Origin: a virus
Taxonomy: Duplodnaviria > Heunggongvirae > Uroviricota > Caudoviricetes > Herelleviridae
Length of the DNA stretch: 64,000 nt
Reading direction: 5' to 3' (one strand)
IMG/VR virus record: IMGVR_UViG_2974580128_000001
Below are positions 46,683 to 57,345 of the stretch, in pieces (position 1 is the stretch's first letter; every line of letters begins with the position of its first letter). The position numbers were made by a program, and so were the translations under genes. The notes under the pieces were generated by a model. The model was not told where the DNA came from. It saw only the letters and a list, made by a program, of their open reading frames with translations, and did not search any database.

Positions 46683-48326
46683 ATGACAAGTCAATGCTTA
46701 ACAAATGAAATTCGAGCACAATATAGTCTAGGCAACGGAATTGTTGAGTTCGTTGAAAGATTAGCTAAAAAAGCACAGCAATGGGGAGAAACATTTGCTA
46801 CCCCTATACGTAAAACAACTGTAGCTGAGGAGATGGGACGTGACACACGTACTGTTACTCGGTATCTAGGACAACTTGAAGAGTTGGGTCTTGTTAGTAC
46901 AGAAGCAAAACGTGGTAGAAATGGAGGAACTGTTGTCGTGTTTAATACTGATATTTTAAATTTTGAACCAACTGATAACCCGATTACTTCGGAGACAAAG
47001 GAAGCTAAGGAGATTCGTGAACGTGTCTTCCCAAAAGCACCAACTCCGAAACCTAAAAGACGGTACCGTACAAAATTAGAGATTGCAGAAGCTCGCATTT
47101 TAGAACAAAAGCAAAAAAGCTTTGAAGAACGCTTAAACGACTTACTTGAACGTACCTTCTTGGATAGAGACTTTTTTGATAATTTCGAAGAACCTCGTTT
47201 GTATTTCCAAGGGTATTTAATTGCACAAATGTACAATGCTTATGCAGTTATTTTCCCAAAGAATAGACACGAGTTCTTTAAAGATATTGATGTGAAAAAA
47301 TCAGAGGAAGGTTTACGTAGTATGAACAAAGCTAAATCATACAACGTGTTACCTGCTCGTTTTGTAGGAACCCCACAGTACAACAAATTTGTTGAAGTAG
47401 CTAGATACTGTAATGAGAATAATATTAACCCATTATCTTATCTAACTGTTCAATTTGAGCGTGCAGAGCATTTAGCCGACATTGGTAAAGCTCGTGTAGG
47501 GGCTATCCCTTATGTAAACACTTTACTGTGTGAAGAAGCTCGTAAAGCTTATTCTGACAATGTAATGTTTTATCGTAAAATGCGTAATAGCTTTAACTTA
47601 TTCGGTATGAGTAGTAGTTCTGTTCCGTATAAAGGGGCTAAATATGAGATTATTGTAGCTCTACGTACTGCGTACGAATTAGATAGAACAACAAGAGATA
47701 CGTTCAACTACTTATTAGATGAATTAGCTAGTGGTGCACAACAATCAGTGAAACAAGCAACCTTGTTAGGTTATTACAACACTACTTTAAATGCTTTATC
47801 AGAAAGTGAGTTAGTAGACGAAGACCAACAATTAATCAGAGATTTCTTAAAAGAGCAAGTATTGTTATATTCACGTAAGAACTCATTGAGCAGTACTATC
47901 TATGCTTTAGCTTTCCCATTACAAATTAACGCTGTTAATTCAGTTGCGACCCTAAAAGGTCTTGACAAAGAGATGTATTACACTTATATTGGTAACATGT
48001 ACAAGGTTACAGATGTTAACGATGATGAATACAACAGTTTCACGGAACGTGGTCGAACAATTGATTTCTCTTACAATGCTAACGATACTTTCTTTAGCAC
48101 AATGCGATTAATTGCAGATTGTAAGGGTCTAGGAGTTCCGGCAGGTAAGCTAGGAAGTGCCTTACAAAAATTCGGTGAAGAAAAAGTTCCGTTAGATACT
48201 TTTGGTATGTTAGATATTGAACGTATCTATGATAAATTGATTGATTCAGATGAGTTAGCCAAAGACCGATATATTCAAGACAAAGATGCAACCATGATGA
48301 GTATGGTTGTGACTGACGAGGGGTAG
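46683..48326 (+). CDS. Rep-like protein with N-terminal HTH
   Basis: KTTVAEEMGRDTRTVTRYLGQLEELGLV..KRGRNGG; syntenic between the helicases. Confidence 0.8.
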   Translation: MTSQCLTNEIRAQYSLGNGIVEFVERLAKKAQQWGETFATPIRKTTVAEEMGRDTRTVTRYLGQLEELGLVSTEAKRGRNGGTVVVFNTDILNFEPTDNPITSETKEAKEIRERVFPKAPTPKPKRRYRTKLEIAEARILEQKQKSFEERLNDLLERTFLDRDFFDNFEEPRLYFQGYLIAQMYNAYAVIFPKNRHEFFKDIDVKKSEEGLRSMNKAKSYNVLPARFVGTPQYNKFVEVARYCNENNINPLSYLTVQFERAEHLADIGKARVGAIPYVNTLLCEEARKAYSDNVMFYRKMRNSFNLFGMSSSSVPYKGAKYEIIVALRTAYELDRTTRDTFNYLLDELASGAQQSVKQATLLGYYNTTLNALSESELVDEDQQLIRDFLKEQVLLYSRKNSLSSTIYALAFPLQINAVNSVATLKGLDKEMYYTYIGNMYKVTDVNDDEYNSFTERGRTIDFSYNANDTFFSTMRLIADCKGLGVPAGKLGSALQKFGEEKVPLDTFGMLDIERIYDKLIDSDELAKDRYIQDKDATMMSMVVTDEG

Positions 48327-48339
48327 GGAGAAAAGCAGA

Positions 48340-49812
48340 ATGAGTCAAATTCACAAACAAACCATTTATAAAGCCATTAGTGAACCTTTGTTCGCAAAGG
48401 ATGTTTTTAGTCGATTACCAATTGAAGATTTTAAAGAGGATGGATACGATATGATTGTATCCACCTTAAATCTTTATTATCGTACACACGATGCTCCGCT
48501 AGAGGAACAAACGTTGTTAACTCTTGTGGAAGACAAAATGTTGAAACAAAACAAAAGTTTAGAAGCACAGCAAGTTGCTTTTAACTTAGTAAGTGACCTT
48601 TACAAATTAGAGGAAGCAGAAACAGATTCAGAAGCAATTAGTGAAAGTGTTCAGAACTATGTACGTAAGACTTTAACACGTGAAGCTATCATGGAAGCTG
48701 TAACGAATGATGGAGCATTAGGTTCTGACCAAAACATTCAGAGCCTTATGGAGTCTTTGCGTGGAATCATGACAATCGACACAGGCGGGCATGGAGCAGA
48801 ACTTTTAGATTTCTTTGCTGATATTGATAAGAAAAAAGAACATCTACGTAATTTACAACAAAACAAATATCCAACAGGTTTCATGGCTATTGATGCTATC
48901 TCTGATGGTGGTTTAGCCCGTGGTGAGGTTGGTATGGTTATTGCACCTACAGGTGGTGGTAAAACTACTTGGGCAGTAAACCAAGCTAGAAATTATGTTG
49001 TACGAGGTTTAAACGTGTTATACGTTCCTTTGGAGGAGAAAATTGACCGTATGATTGTTCGTTTTGAACAGCTTTTATCTCAACAAAGTAAGAACAGTAT
49101 CCTAGTTGATGGGGAGTTAAACGAACAGTTATATGACCAAATTCAACAAGCTTACGGTGCAGGTAAAGAACAATTAAACTGGGGGAACTTATGGATTCGT
49201 AAATACAAACCCCAAGAGCTAACTCCTAGTGGGCTATCTCAATTGATTTCTGACGTAATGATTCGTAAAGGGCAACAAATTGACGTAGTTATTATTGACT
49301 ACCCTGATTTGATGAAGAACCCCCATTCAAGTGGTGGTAACGGAGAGTCAGATGCGGGTGGTAAATTATACGAAGATATTCGTTCAATTGCCCAAGAATA
49401 TGACTTTGTTTGTTGGACTCTATCTCAGTTGAACCGTGCTAGTTATGGTCAAGAAGTGAAGAATGCCGGAGCAATTGAGGGTTCAAAACGTAAAATGAAT
49501 GCGGTAGAACTAATCTTCACACTTAACCAAACACCAGAGGAGTTCCAAAGTGGATTTATTCGTGCTTACGTAGATAAGTTACGTAATAATAGTGGTGTAG
49601 CATATGATAAAATGTTGTACTTTAAAGTTATCCCCGAAACAATGACAATTCGTGATGAAACCCAAGAAGAACGAATGGCTCATGCGAACTTGTTAGAACA
49701 AACAATGGAAGTAGCCAGAGATAACTACAAGAAGGAAAACAATTTTACACCAAAGGATGCCCAAAGTAAAATTAACAACTTAAACGCACAGCTAGCAGGA
49801 GGTCTAAAATAA
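48340..49812 (+). CDS. DnaB-like replicative helicase
   Basis: Walker A APTGGGKTT; IIDYPD; SQLNR. Confidence 0.93.
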   Translation: MSQIHKQTIYKAISEPLFAKDVFSRLPIEDFKEDGYDMIVSTLNLYYRTHDAPLEEQTLLTLVEDKMLKQNKSLEAQQVAFNLVSDLYKLEEAETDSEAISESVQNYVRKTLTREAIMEAVTNDGALGSDQNIQSLMESLRGIMTIDTGGHGAELLDFFADIDKKKEHLRNLQQNKYPTGFMAIDAISDGGLARGEVGMVIAPTGGGKTTWAVNQARNYVVRGLNVLYVPLEEKIDRMIVRFEQLLSQQSKNSILVDGELNEQLYDQIQQAYGAGKEQLNWGNLWIRKYKPQELTPSGLSQLISDVMIRKGQQIDVVIIDYPDLMKNPHSSGGNGESDAGGKLYEDIRSIAQEYDFVCWTLSQLNRASYGQEVKNAGAIEGSKRKMNAVELIFTLNQTPEEFQSGFIRAYVDKLRNNSGVAYDKMLYFKVIPETMTIRDETQEERMAHANLLEQTMEVARDNYKKENNFTPKDAQSKINNLNAQLAGGLK

Positions 49813-50852
49813 TGAAACATATTATTAACTTTTCTGATTTTCATATGCACTTTTTTAAGGACTTCTCTAAGCCAGATGCTGTTTATGTTACTGACCGAGC
49901 AAAAGAGCAAATAAAGGTTCTCGAAGATTTAATGAATTACGCTCGTGAAGTTAAAGGAGATGTTTTATTTAATGGAGACCTGTTTCATAAACGGGTTTCT
50001 ATTGATGTCAGAATATTCAACATGATGTTCGAGGTATTTAGTTCATATCCAGATGTACCAATCATCATGGTTAGTGGTAATCATGATAAGGTAACGAACG
50101 CTCTAGCCTCTGACAGCGCCCTAGAAGCGTTTAATGCTTTACCTAATGTAACTGTCATCTCTACAATGGAAAAGCTTGTACGGGACGAATACACGCTTTA
50201 TGGAGTGAGTTACGGGGAAGAAGTAGATGAAATGAAGGAATGGATTGCAGAAGAGGCTAAGAAGTTAGACCCTAACACAATCAACATACTTTGTGCTCAT
50301 ATCGGTGTTGATGGTTCTTCTACTGGACAGTATTCCCATACACTTAGTGGAGCATTCAAGGTAGCTGACCTGTATCCTGATAATTTTGATATTGTTACGC
50401 TTGGGCACTATCATAAACGACAATTCTTAGGTGGACTATCTAATGTATTTTATGTAGGTAACACCTTACAGACTTCTTTTGCTGATGAAGGTCAAGCTAA
50501 AGGCTTTATGGATATTACCTTAGATGGTAAAGAATGGAGTATGGAATTTGTCAAAGCAAACTATACCCCATTTATGACTGTAACAGCAGATACAGTACCA
50601 GAAGATTTAAGCGGAGCATTTATCCAGTTTGTTGGTAACGTTACTGAAACCGAAGCTGTTAAAAAGCTTAAAGAAAACAATGACCTGTCTAACTTACGAA
50701 TTAAAGTGCAGAAGGACTATTATGTACCTCCACGTATTGAAATTACAGCAGGTTCCACCCCAGAAGAAGTTGTACGAGCATTTACCGATAAGAAATACCC
50801 CGATTTACAGGACAAAGCTTTAGAATGTTTACGTATAGCTACAGAGATATAA
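49812..50852 (+). CDS. Recombination nuclease, SbcD/Mre11/gp47-like
   Basis: SDFH, GDLFH, GNHD, GHYH metallophosphoesterase motifs. Confidence 0.93.
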   Translation: MKHIINFSDFHMHFFKDFSKPDAVYVTDRAKEQIKVLEDLMNYAREVKGDVLFNGDLFHKRVSIDVRIFNMMFEVFSSYPDVPIIMVSGNHDKVTNALASDSALEAFNALPNVTVISTMEKLVRDEYTLYGVSYGEEVDEMKEWIAEEAKKLDPNTINILCAHIGVDGSSTGQYSHTLSGAFKVADLYPDNFDIVTLGHYHKRQFLGGLSNVFYVGNTLQTSFADEGQAKGFMDITLDGKEWSMEFVKANYTPFMTVTADTVPEDLSGAFIQFVGNVTETEAVKKLKENNDLSNLRIKVQKDYYVPPRIEITAGSTPEEVVRAFTDKKYPDLQDKALECLRIATEI

Positions 50853-50867
50853 ATTAATAGATTTTTT

Positions 50868-50893
50868 AAGCCCAGAACATTCTGGGCTTTTTT
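50868..50893 (+). terminator. Intrinsic terminator
   Basis: AAGCCCAGA-ACAT-TCTGGGCTT-TTTT. Confidence 0.85.
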
Positions 50894-50904
50894 GGCATAC
50901 ACCC

Positions 50905-50933
50905 TTGACATGTAAGTGCTTGTAATGTATACT
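50905..50933 (+). promoter_or_regulatory. Sigma-A promoter TTGACA-N17-TATACT
   Basis: TTGACA 50905-10, TATACT 50928-33. Confidence 0.85.
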
Positions 50934-50970
50934 TATGTTAGTAACAGACATACACTTACAGGAGGTAAAA

Positions 50971-52863
50971 ATGTTAAAGTTTAAACGTGTAAGCGCAAAG
51001 AACTATCTCTCTATTGGAGAAGTATCTATCGACTTAGATAATCGAGGGCTTGTTTTAATCGAGGGAATTAATGACACGAACGAAACGTTCCAGAGTAATG
51101 GTTCAGGTAAAAGTACGTTGCTGTCAACTGTCACTTATGCACTATATGGCACTACACCTAGTGGCTTAAAAGCGGATGCTGTAATTAATAGACAGGTCAA
51201 AAAGAACATGTCTGTTATTTTAGAGTTTGAAAAAGACGGTATCCCATATAGAATTGAACGTTATCGTAAACATAGTAAATTTAAAAATACAACGAAGTTA
51301 TTTCAAGGAGATACCGATTTAACACAAAAATCTGTAGCCGATACAGACAAAAAAATCTTAGACATCTTCGGGATTGATTACCTTACATATGCAAATAGCA
51401 TCATGTACGGACAAGGAAATGTAGAAATATTTGCTACTGCTACAGATAAAGGTAAGAAGCAAATATTAGAAAATCTAGCTGATATTGGTGTATACCGATA
51501 TGCACAGGATGTAGCAAAAGAAAAAGAAAAAGAAGCTAATGCCTTAGTAGAAGAACTTGGTAGACAGCACATGACTAAGGTAGCTGAGATAGAAACATTA
51601 AAACAAGTTTATTCTAGCGCATTAGAGCAATATGCTAATACAGAAAGAATGATTGTTGCTCGGAAACAAGAGTATGAAGAAGCCAGAGTAAAGTATACCG
51701 AGGCAGAAGACATGCTCACTCAAATGGAACAAGAAGTAACACCAAAGATTGAACAACTAACTAAAGAGTTGGAAGCTTGTGCAGTTCCAGAAGATAGCTT
51801 TGCAATATCAGAGGAATTGCGAGAACAGCAGGCTAATCTGTTTAAGTTAAATCAAGCAAAAACTACTACACAACAAGCTATTAATAAAGCACAAGTAGAT
51901 TTGAGTAACACTGAGCAAGCTACAAATTGTCAGTTATGTGGTGCACCTCTAGATGCGGAACATCGGCAAAAAGAGATGTTACGATTGCAACAAGAAATTC
52001 AGGAGAAACAAGCTTTCATTACACAATTAGATTCAGCAATTGTTGCTTACTCTGATTTGGAACAGAAAGCTAAAGAAAAACAGGCAAGGGTACAGCAAGA
52101 AGTTAATGAAGTTGTTACAAAACAACGCAATATACAGTCAGCTATTAATGAATTAAACAATCGTTTACGTACGGCTGAAAATGCTGTAGCACTTACACGG
52201 AACAATGTAACTAATCTATCAGGAGCCCTAGCTCACTTAGAGGGCATTCCGAAACCAGAATATGACACGGAAGCGGAAGCTCGTATTAAAGCAGAAATGG
52301 AAGACATTACTAAACGAAAAGAATTAGCAGAACAAGAAGCAAGACAATACCATATTTTAGCACTAGAAGTCTTCTCAAATAAAGGGATTCGTTCGGAGGT
52401 ATTAGACCTAGTAACACCATTCTTAAATGAACGAGCTAACCACTATTTGTCTACTTTATCCGGTTCTGATATTGAAATTAGATTTAGTACACAGACAGAA
52501 AATGCAGACGGAAGTCTAAAAGATAAATTTGATTTAGAGGTAATTAACGGTTCTGGTGGAGACACCTACCAAGCAAACTCTGAGGGTGAGAAGAAGAGAA
52601 TTGATTTAGCTATTTCCTTTGCCATCCAAGACTTGGTACAATCAAAAGCAAACATTGCTGTGAACCTAGGCTTATACGATGAATGTTTTGATGGCTTAGA
52701 TTCTATCGGCTGTGAAAATGTGATTAAGATTTTGAAAGAAAGACAGAAAAACATTAGTAGTATCTTTGTTATTACACATAATGACAATCTCAAACCATTG
52801 TTCGAAAATGTAGTTACTATGCAAAAAACAGAAGGAAATTCCTTCTTAGTTGAAAATAAGTAA
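50971..52863 (+). CDS. Recombination ATPase, SbcC/Rad50/gp46-like
   Basis: ATG 50971 after GGAGG; Walker A NGSGKST; CQLCG hook; SEGEK signature; LYDECFD. Confidence 0.93.
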   Translation: MLKFKRVSAKNYLSIGEVSIDLDNRGLVLIEGINDTNETFQSNGSGKSTLLSTVTYALYGTTPSGLKADAVINRQVKKNMSVILEFEKDGIPYRIERYRKHSKFKNTTKLFQGDTDLTQKSVADTDKKILDIFGIDYLTYANSIMYGQGNVEIFATATDKGKKQILENLADIGVYRYAQDVAKEKEKEANALVEELGRQHMTKVAEIETLKQVYSSALEQYANTERMIVARKQEYEEARVKYTEAEDMLTQMEQEVTPKIEQLTKELEACAVPEDSFAISEELREQQANLFKLNQAKTTTQQAINKAQVDLSNTEQATNCQLCGAPLDAEHRQKEMLRLQQEIQEKQAFITQLDSAIVAYSDLEQKAKEKQARVQQEVNEVVTKQRNIQSAINELNNRLRTAENAVALTRNNVTNLSGALAHLEGIPKPEYDTEAEARIKAEMEDITKRKELAEQEARQYHILALEVFSNKGIRSEVLDLVTPFLNERANHYLSTLSGSDIEIRFSTQTENADGSLKDKFDLEVINGSGGDTYQANSEGEKKRIDLAISFAIQDLVQSKANIAVNLGLYDECFDGLDSIGCENVIKILKERQKNISSIFVITHNDNLKPLFENVVTMQKTEGNSFLVENK

Positions 52864-52876
52864 GGATGGTAATTAC

Positions 52877-53536
52877 ATGAAATTATATTCAGTAGATAAA
52901 GGGCGTAACCTTGGAACGGTACTCGTCCCAACAAATGTAGGCTACACACAACGTTTAGATTTCCCACTTGACACATTGTTTGATTGGTACCCATGTTGCC
53001 CAAGATATGATTACAAGTACAGTGATACACGAGATAAGATGTACATTGTAATGATTGAGGAAAATGAAAAGCTTCCGTTACGTTACAATGTACCACCAAC
53101 AAAAAAACGTGTAAAGTCAAAAACTGCTTGCTTTATTACAAATACTTGGTATAATCAAGAAGTAGCTGACGAAAATAAAAAGTTATTCAGCTTTGCAGAA
53201 AACTATGACATTGTAACACCTAACAAAGAGAATTATACTCTGGAAGACATAAACAAGAGTATTGAACGTGTACAGGACATTTTAGACATGCTGTACACAG
53301 TTCAAGAAAAACAAGTAGAAAAAGACTTGATTGTTCGAGTTGGCACTTTGGAAAAAGAAGCTCCTGATTCAGAAGAATTGAAGGCAGTACATCAGGAAAT
53401 TAAAGAATACATGCAGTTAGACCGAGAGGGAAAAGCTTCACATGTATTAAGCTTATTGCCCCAACATGTCGAAGAGTTATATGCAAACTTTGGAGAAGTT
53501 TACACAATGTTAAATCTAATGAAGAAAGTAGTGTAG
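52877..53536 (+). CDS. Conserved hypothetical protein
   Basis: RBS AAGGATGG before ATG 52877. Confidence 0.75.
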   Translation: MKLYSVDKGRNLGTVLVPTNVGYTQRLDFPLDTLFDWYPCCPRYDYKYSDTRDKMYIVMIEENEKLPLRYNVPPTKKRVKSKTACFITNTWYNQEVADENKKLFSFAENYDIVTPNKENYTLEDINKSIERVQDILDMLYTVQEKQVEKDLIVRVGTLEKEAPDSEELKAVHQEIKEYMQLDREGKASHVLSLLPQHVEELYANFGEVYTMLNLMKKVV

Positions 53537-53539
53537 GAA

Positions 53540-54595
53540 ATGTTCTCAGACCTTCTAACAAATGAACTAGGCATACCAAAAGACATTGAACACGAATTGC
53601 GATATAACTGTCCGTTCTGTGAACCAAATCATGACTATAAATTATACGTCAAGGTTAGTGATGATAATACGAATGGATTGTGGATTTGTTTTAAGTGTGG
53701 TCGTAAAGGTAACCCTATATCGTTTGTAATGGAATACTTTGGTGTCTCTTTTGAAGAAGCATTAGAGATTCTAGAGGGTTATGGTTACAGATTCCAGAAT
53801 AAGAACTACATTCCAAAAGATGATTCATTAACGGATGAAGAGTACTTATTGTTACTACTTGATACTGTAGGGAAACCTAAGACGGTAGAAGAGGAGGAAG
53901 AAGAAAACCTCACGCCCCCTCCTTTACCACAAGGATTCCAACTATTATCACAAAATCTCTACAATCCAGAAGCATACCCATTTTTAGTTTATTGTCATAA
54001 ACGAGGTTTTACTTTAAATGACATTATCCGACACAATATTGGGTATGTACTAGATAGCACAGTCAATCTTCCATCAGGAAGACAGATTAGGTTAAAGAAC
54101 CATTTAGTATTCCTTACACATGGTGACGATGGACAGTATCAGTATTGGAATACACGTGCGATTGCTGATAGCTATATAAAGTCCTTTAATGCACCTAGTA
54201 AGGATGGAGAGTACTCCAAGAAGAATACTATATTCAATCTTAACATTGCGTGTAAAACTCCACAAGTAGTAATTACTGAGGGGGTTCCTGATGCACTAAC
54301 TTTAGGAGAATCTGGTGTAGGCACATTTGGTAAACAGGTTACAGATGCGCAGATTAATTTAATACTTAAGAGTGTTACTCCTGAGCAACCAATTTATGTG
54401 TACCTAGACAAGGATGCAAAGAACGAGATAAAGAAACTTGCAGAGCGTTTGTATGAACGCCATAAAGAAACTTATATTGTTATAAGCCCTACAGACAAAG
54501 ACCCAAACAGTATTGGTAAAGAGAGTGCTTGGGAAATTATTAAGAATCATTCTGTAAAGGCAGACGGTGTAGGTATAATCAAATTGATGTTATAG
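53540..54595 (+). CDS. DNA primase
   Basis: CPFC..CFKC zinc finger; Toprim EGVPDA, DKDA. Confidence 0.93.
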   Translation: MFSDLLTNELGIPKDIEHELRYNCPFCEPNHDYKLYVKVSDDNTNGLWICFKCGRKGNPISFVMEYFGVSFEEALEILEGYGYRFQNKNYIPKDDSLTDEEYLLLLLDTVGKPKTVEEEEEENLTPPPLPQGFQLLSQNLYNPEAYPFLVYCHKRGFTLNDIIRHNIGYVLDSTVNLPSGRQIRLKNHLVFLTHGDDGQYQYWNTRAIADSYIKSFNAPSKDGEYSKKNTIFNLNIACKTPQVVITEGVPDALTLGESGVGTFGKQVTDAQINLILKSVTPEQPIYVYLDKDAKNEIKKLAERLYERHKETYIVISPTDKDPNSIGKESAWEIIKNHSVKADGVGIIKLML

Positions 54596-54604
54596 GAGGT
54601 ACGT

Positions 54605-55486
54605 ATGAGTAATATTAAGTATGAAGTACATTGGGTACATCACCAATTAGGGGTAGACAAAACACACGGTGTATTTGGAACACTAGATAAAGCTGTGCAG
54701 TCCATCTATGATTGGTGGACACAGAATGATTACAATCCACCATATGTTCGTATGTGGACAGTAGACGGTGTAACTACATTGGACTATGGGTTTCACCACA
54801 TGTTTTATAAAATCAAAGAAATAAAGGAGACTAATGAATTGAATCCAGTAGTTAAGTTTACTAAGAGTGAGGGAGCTATTGCTCCAAAACGAGGACGAGA
54901 AGCTGATGTAGCACATGACTTGTTTACAGATAAGGATGCTGTAATTGTACCGGGAAGGCTAGGAGCAACAGTAGTTACTACAGGAATTAGAACAGCTTTT
55001 GACCCTAATTTGTATGGTCTGTTCATCAACCCACGTGGGGGCATGATGAAGTACCCATTAACTCTAGGTAACACACAAGGTGTTGTTGAAGGAGAATACC
55101 GTGGGGATGTCGGACTTCCTCTTAAGAATACTTTCCCTTTACAATTCGGAGAATATACTAACGCTACTCGTGTTTTAGTTATTACCGAAGACGGTAAGCT
55201 TGTAGGAAAACCAGTTAAAGAAGTACGTGAAAGCTATCCAGAATTTGATAAGCTCTATGAAGAACAACTAACTAAATTAGGTAATGAACTGGATTTAATC
55301 TATGACAATATATTTACTGGTGTTACCGAAACCCATGTTGTTGCAGGAACTATCTTTATTCCAAAAGGCACTCGTCTATGTCAAGCATTCTTGCTTCCAC
55401 GTTACGCTACTAATTTTGTTGAAGTAGACGAATTAGATGAAACAGAACGTGGTGAAGGTGCATACGGTTCGTCTGGTGTTAAATAA
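54605..55486 (+). CDS. dut: Trimeric-type dUTPase with ~78-aa N-terminal extension and internal insertion
   Basis: AHDL, PRGG, GVVEGEYRG, RLCQ, ERGEGAYGSSG motifs; internal RBS and TTG at 54839. Confidence 0.88.
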   Translation: MSNIKYEVHWVHHQLGVDKTHGVFGTLDKAVQSIYDWWTQNDYNPPYVRMWTVDGVTTLDYGFHHMFYKIKEIKETNELNPVVKFTKSEGAIAPKRGREADVAHDLFTDKDAVIVPGRLGATVVTTGIRTAFDPNLYGLFINPRGGMMKYPLTLGNTQGVVEGEYRGDVGLPLKNTFPLQFGEYTNATRVLVITEDGKLVGKPVKEVRESYPEFDKLYEEQLTKLGNELDLIYDNIFTGVTETHVVAGTIFIPKGTRLCQAFLLPRYATNFVEVDELDETERGEGAYGSSGVK

Positions 55487-55722
55487 TGGCTAGCCGTATC
55501 CCAGATTTAAAGATGCCACTTCTTTATCTTGTAGGAAATGCTTCTATTGGTACTCGTGAGCGGGGCTGTGATGTAACAGTTACCTTACGAGACTTTTATG
55601 TAGACACCCCTGATGACAAGTTAGAACAACTAATAACTTTGACATACAAAGAAGATAAAATTGAAAATTTTACACGAATTAGTGCAGATAAATGTTCATT
55701 TCGTGTTATACTAGGAGAGTAG
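55486..55722 (+). CDS. Hypothetical protein
   Basis: TAATG overlap with dut. Confidence 0.7.
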   Translation: MASRIPDLKMPLLYLVGNASIGTRERGCDVTVTLRDFYVDTPDDKLEQLITLTYKEDKIENFTRISADKCSFRVILGE

Positions 55723-55725
55723 ACA

Positions 55726-56037
55726 ATGAAAGAATCACCAAGTGTAAAACTTACAGAAACTCATACAGTTACTCTTGTAAACACTGACGTACTTAAAGTA
55801 GGGCAGGTTATTGGCTTTAGGGTTAACAGTCCTAAACAAGTAGGTGCAGAAGTAGTAGATGTTTATTCCGAAGCTGTCGGGGTTATTGAACGTATCTGGT
55901 CAGAACGAATTGAGGTTTTAAACCTGATTACCGGTGGTCGTACAGACCTATGGGCAAATACGTTCGATTGGAGAGAAATTGAAATACTGTCAGATGCGGA
56001 ACATCTGTTGGAGGCGTATAAGAATGGAATTTGCTGA
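55726..56037 (+). CDS. Hypothetical protein
   Basis: RBS AGGAGAG. Confidence 0.75.
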   Translation: MKESPSVKLTETHTVTLVNTDVLKVGQVIGFRVNSPKQVGAEVVDVYSEAVGVIERIWSERIEVLNLITGGRTDLWANTFDWREIEILSDAEHLLEAYKNGIC

Positions 56038-56335
56038 GTATTTCAATAAAATGCAAGAACATTATGCAAAAGGTGAAACTGTTGAGGTAGAAAAGCTTAT
56101 TAAAAGCGATGGTTCAAAACTAGTTACCTATGCTGAGTTTGAGGATGCTTTAGCTACTGTAGCACAGGTAACTACACTTGCTATTGAAGAAGCATTTCAA
56201 GCACAGGAAGCCAAGTTTGGTCTTGTACTAAAAACATTAAGAGAACAAAAAGTTATCTCAGAAGATACTGAAAAAGCTATTCTTGCTGAGTTTAATAATA
56301 TAAATGAACTTATGGAGGACGACATTAATGAGTAA
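56024..56335 (+). CDS. Hypothetical protein
   Basis: ATG 56024 with GGAGG (ORF-track start 55934 too long). Confidence 0.75.
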   Translation: MEFAEYFNKMQEHYAKGETVEVEKLIKSDGSKLVTYAEFEDALATVAQVTTLAIEEAFQAQEAKFGLVLKTLREQKVISEDTEKAILAEFNNINELMEDDINE

Positions 56336-56696
56336 AAAAGCAAAACGTGTAGGATTTATTTCTGAGGAAGATATGAGAACATGGACAGAGTATTTAGCTA
56401 CAGGACGTGTTCATGATAAAAACCATGCAAAACAGTTAGAACGTTTAAGTAAACGTGATATTAGCTTAGGGGACGTAGCTACTATTGTAGATTTCATGTC
56501 AAGACGTAATGATGGTTACATTACTGCTTTAATCGAACAAAATTCTGTTAACGAAAAATTATTTAATAAATTGGGCGTAACAGATGAAATGCGTAATGAA
56601 GCAAAAGCTGAATACGAAGTTGAATTGAAGCAAGCACAGGAAGAAATTAAAAAGTTACAAGAAGAGCTAGCTGAAAAACTACAAAAGGGTGAGTAA
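56328..56696 (+). CDS. Hypothetical coiled-coil protein
   Basis: ATG 56328 with GGAGG. Confidence 0.78.
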   Translation: MSKKAKRVGFISEEDMRTWTEYLATGRVHDKNHAKQLERLSKRDISLGDVATIVDFMSRRNDGYITALIEQNSVNEKLFNKLGVTDEMRNEAKAEYEVELKQAQEEIKKLQEELAEKLQKGE

Positions 56697-57345
56697 TATG
56701 AGCACACATGAGGAATTACGTGAACTTGGTTTAGTTGACGAACAAGGTAGCTTAAAGATAGAAGCTAGAAAAACAATGGAAACTCCGTTACAAGCACTAG
56801 CCGATTTATTAAACGATAAGGTATCCAGTGATTCTGGGGTATACGTAAGCGACTGCTTTCAAAGTGTTATGATTCGGGAGGAAAGACCTTATCGAGTAGT
56901 TAAGGGATTGCATGATATTCCTACGTTGGTATTTTCGGGAACAGTTTACCCATTAGACAGATTAACCTGTTATCCAGACATTCATAATATTAACTATCAG
57001 GATGTAAGTTTATTTAAACCTGTTAAAGAGGAACATGTAGACCAAGTAATTTTCATGGTACAACACCTTTATAATTTGAACAATAGAAACAACAATTTGT
57101 ATATGCAGTTTAAGAGATACCAATGTGGAAAAGTTACCTATGAAGAAATAATGAACACACTTAAGTCTAATATGGAGTTCTGGTCTGTACCTAATTATGT
57201 AGAATCATTAGTTGAAGAGTATTATGTGAACCCACATCTATTCGATGTTAAAACACCTGTAGAACAACTAATTGAACAAGTAGAACTTATTGAGTCTAGA
57301 CGTAAACGTGTTAAAGAAAGGGATGACGAGGGTATCTATGACTGA
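56689..57345 (+). CDS. Hypothetical protein
   Basis: Overlapping in-operon ORF; GTG 56689 or ATG 56698. Confidence 0.75.
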   Translation: MSNMSTHEELRELGLVDEQGSLKIEARKTMETPLQALADLLNDKVSSDSGVYVSDCFQSVMIREERPYRVVKGLHDIPTLVFSGTVYPLDRLTCYPDIHNINYQDVSLFKPVKEEHVDQVIFMVQHLYNLNNRNNNLYMQFKRYQCGKVTYEEIMNTLKSNMEFWSVPNYVESLVEEYYVNPHLFDVKTPVEQLIEQVELIESRRKRVKERDDEGIYD

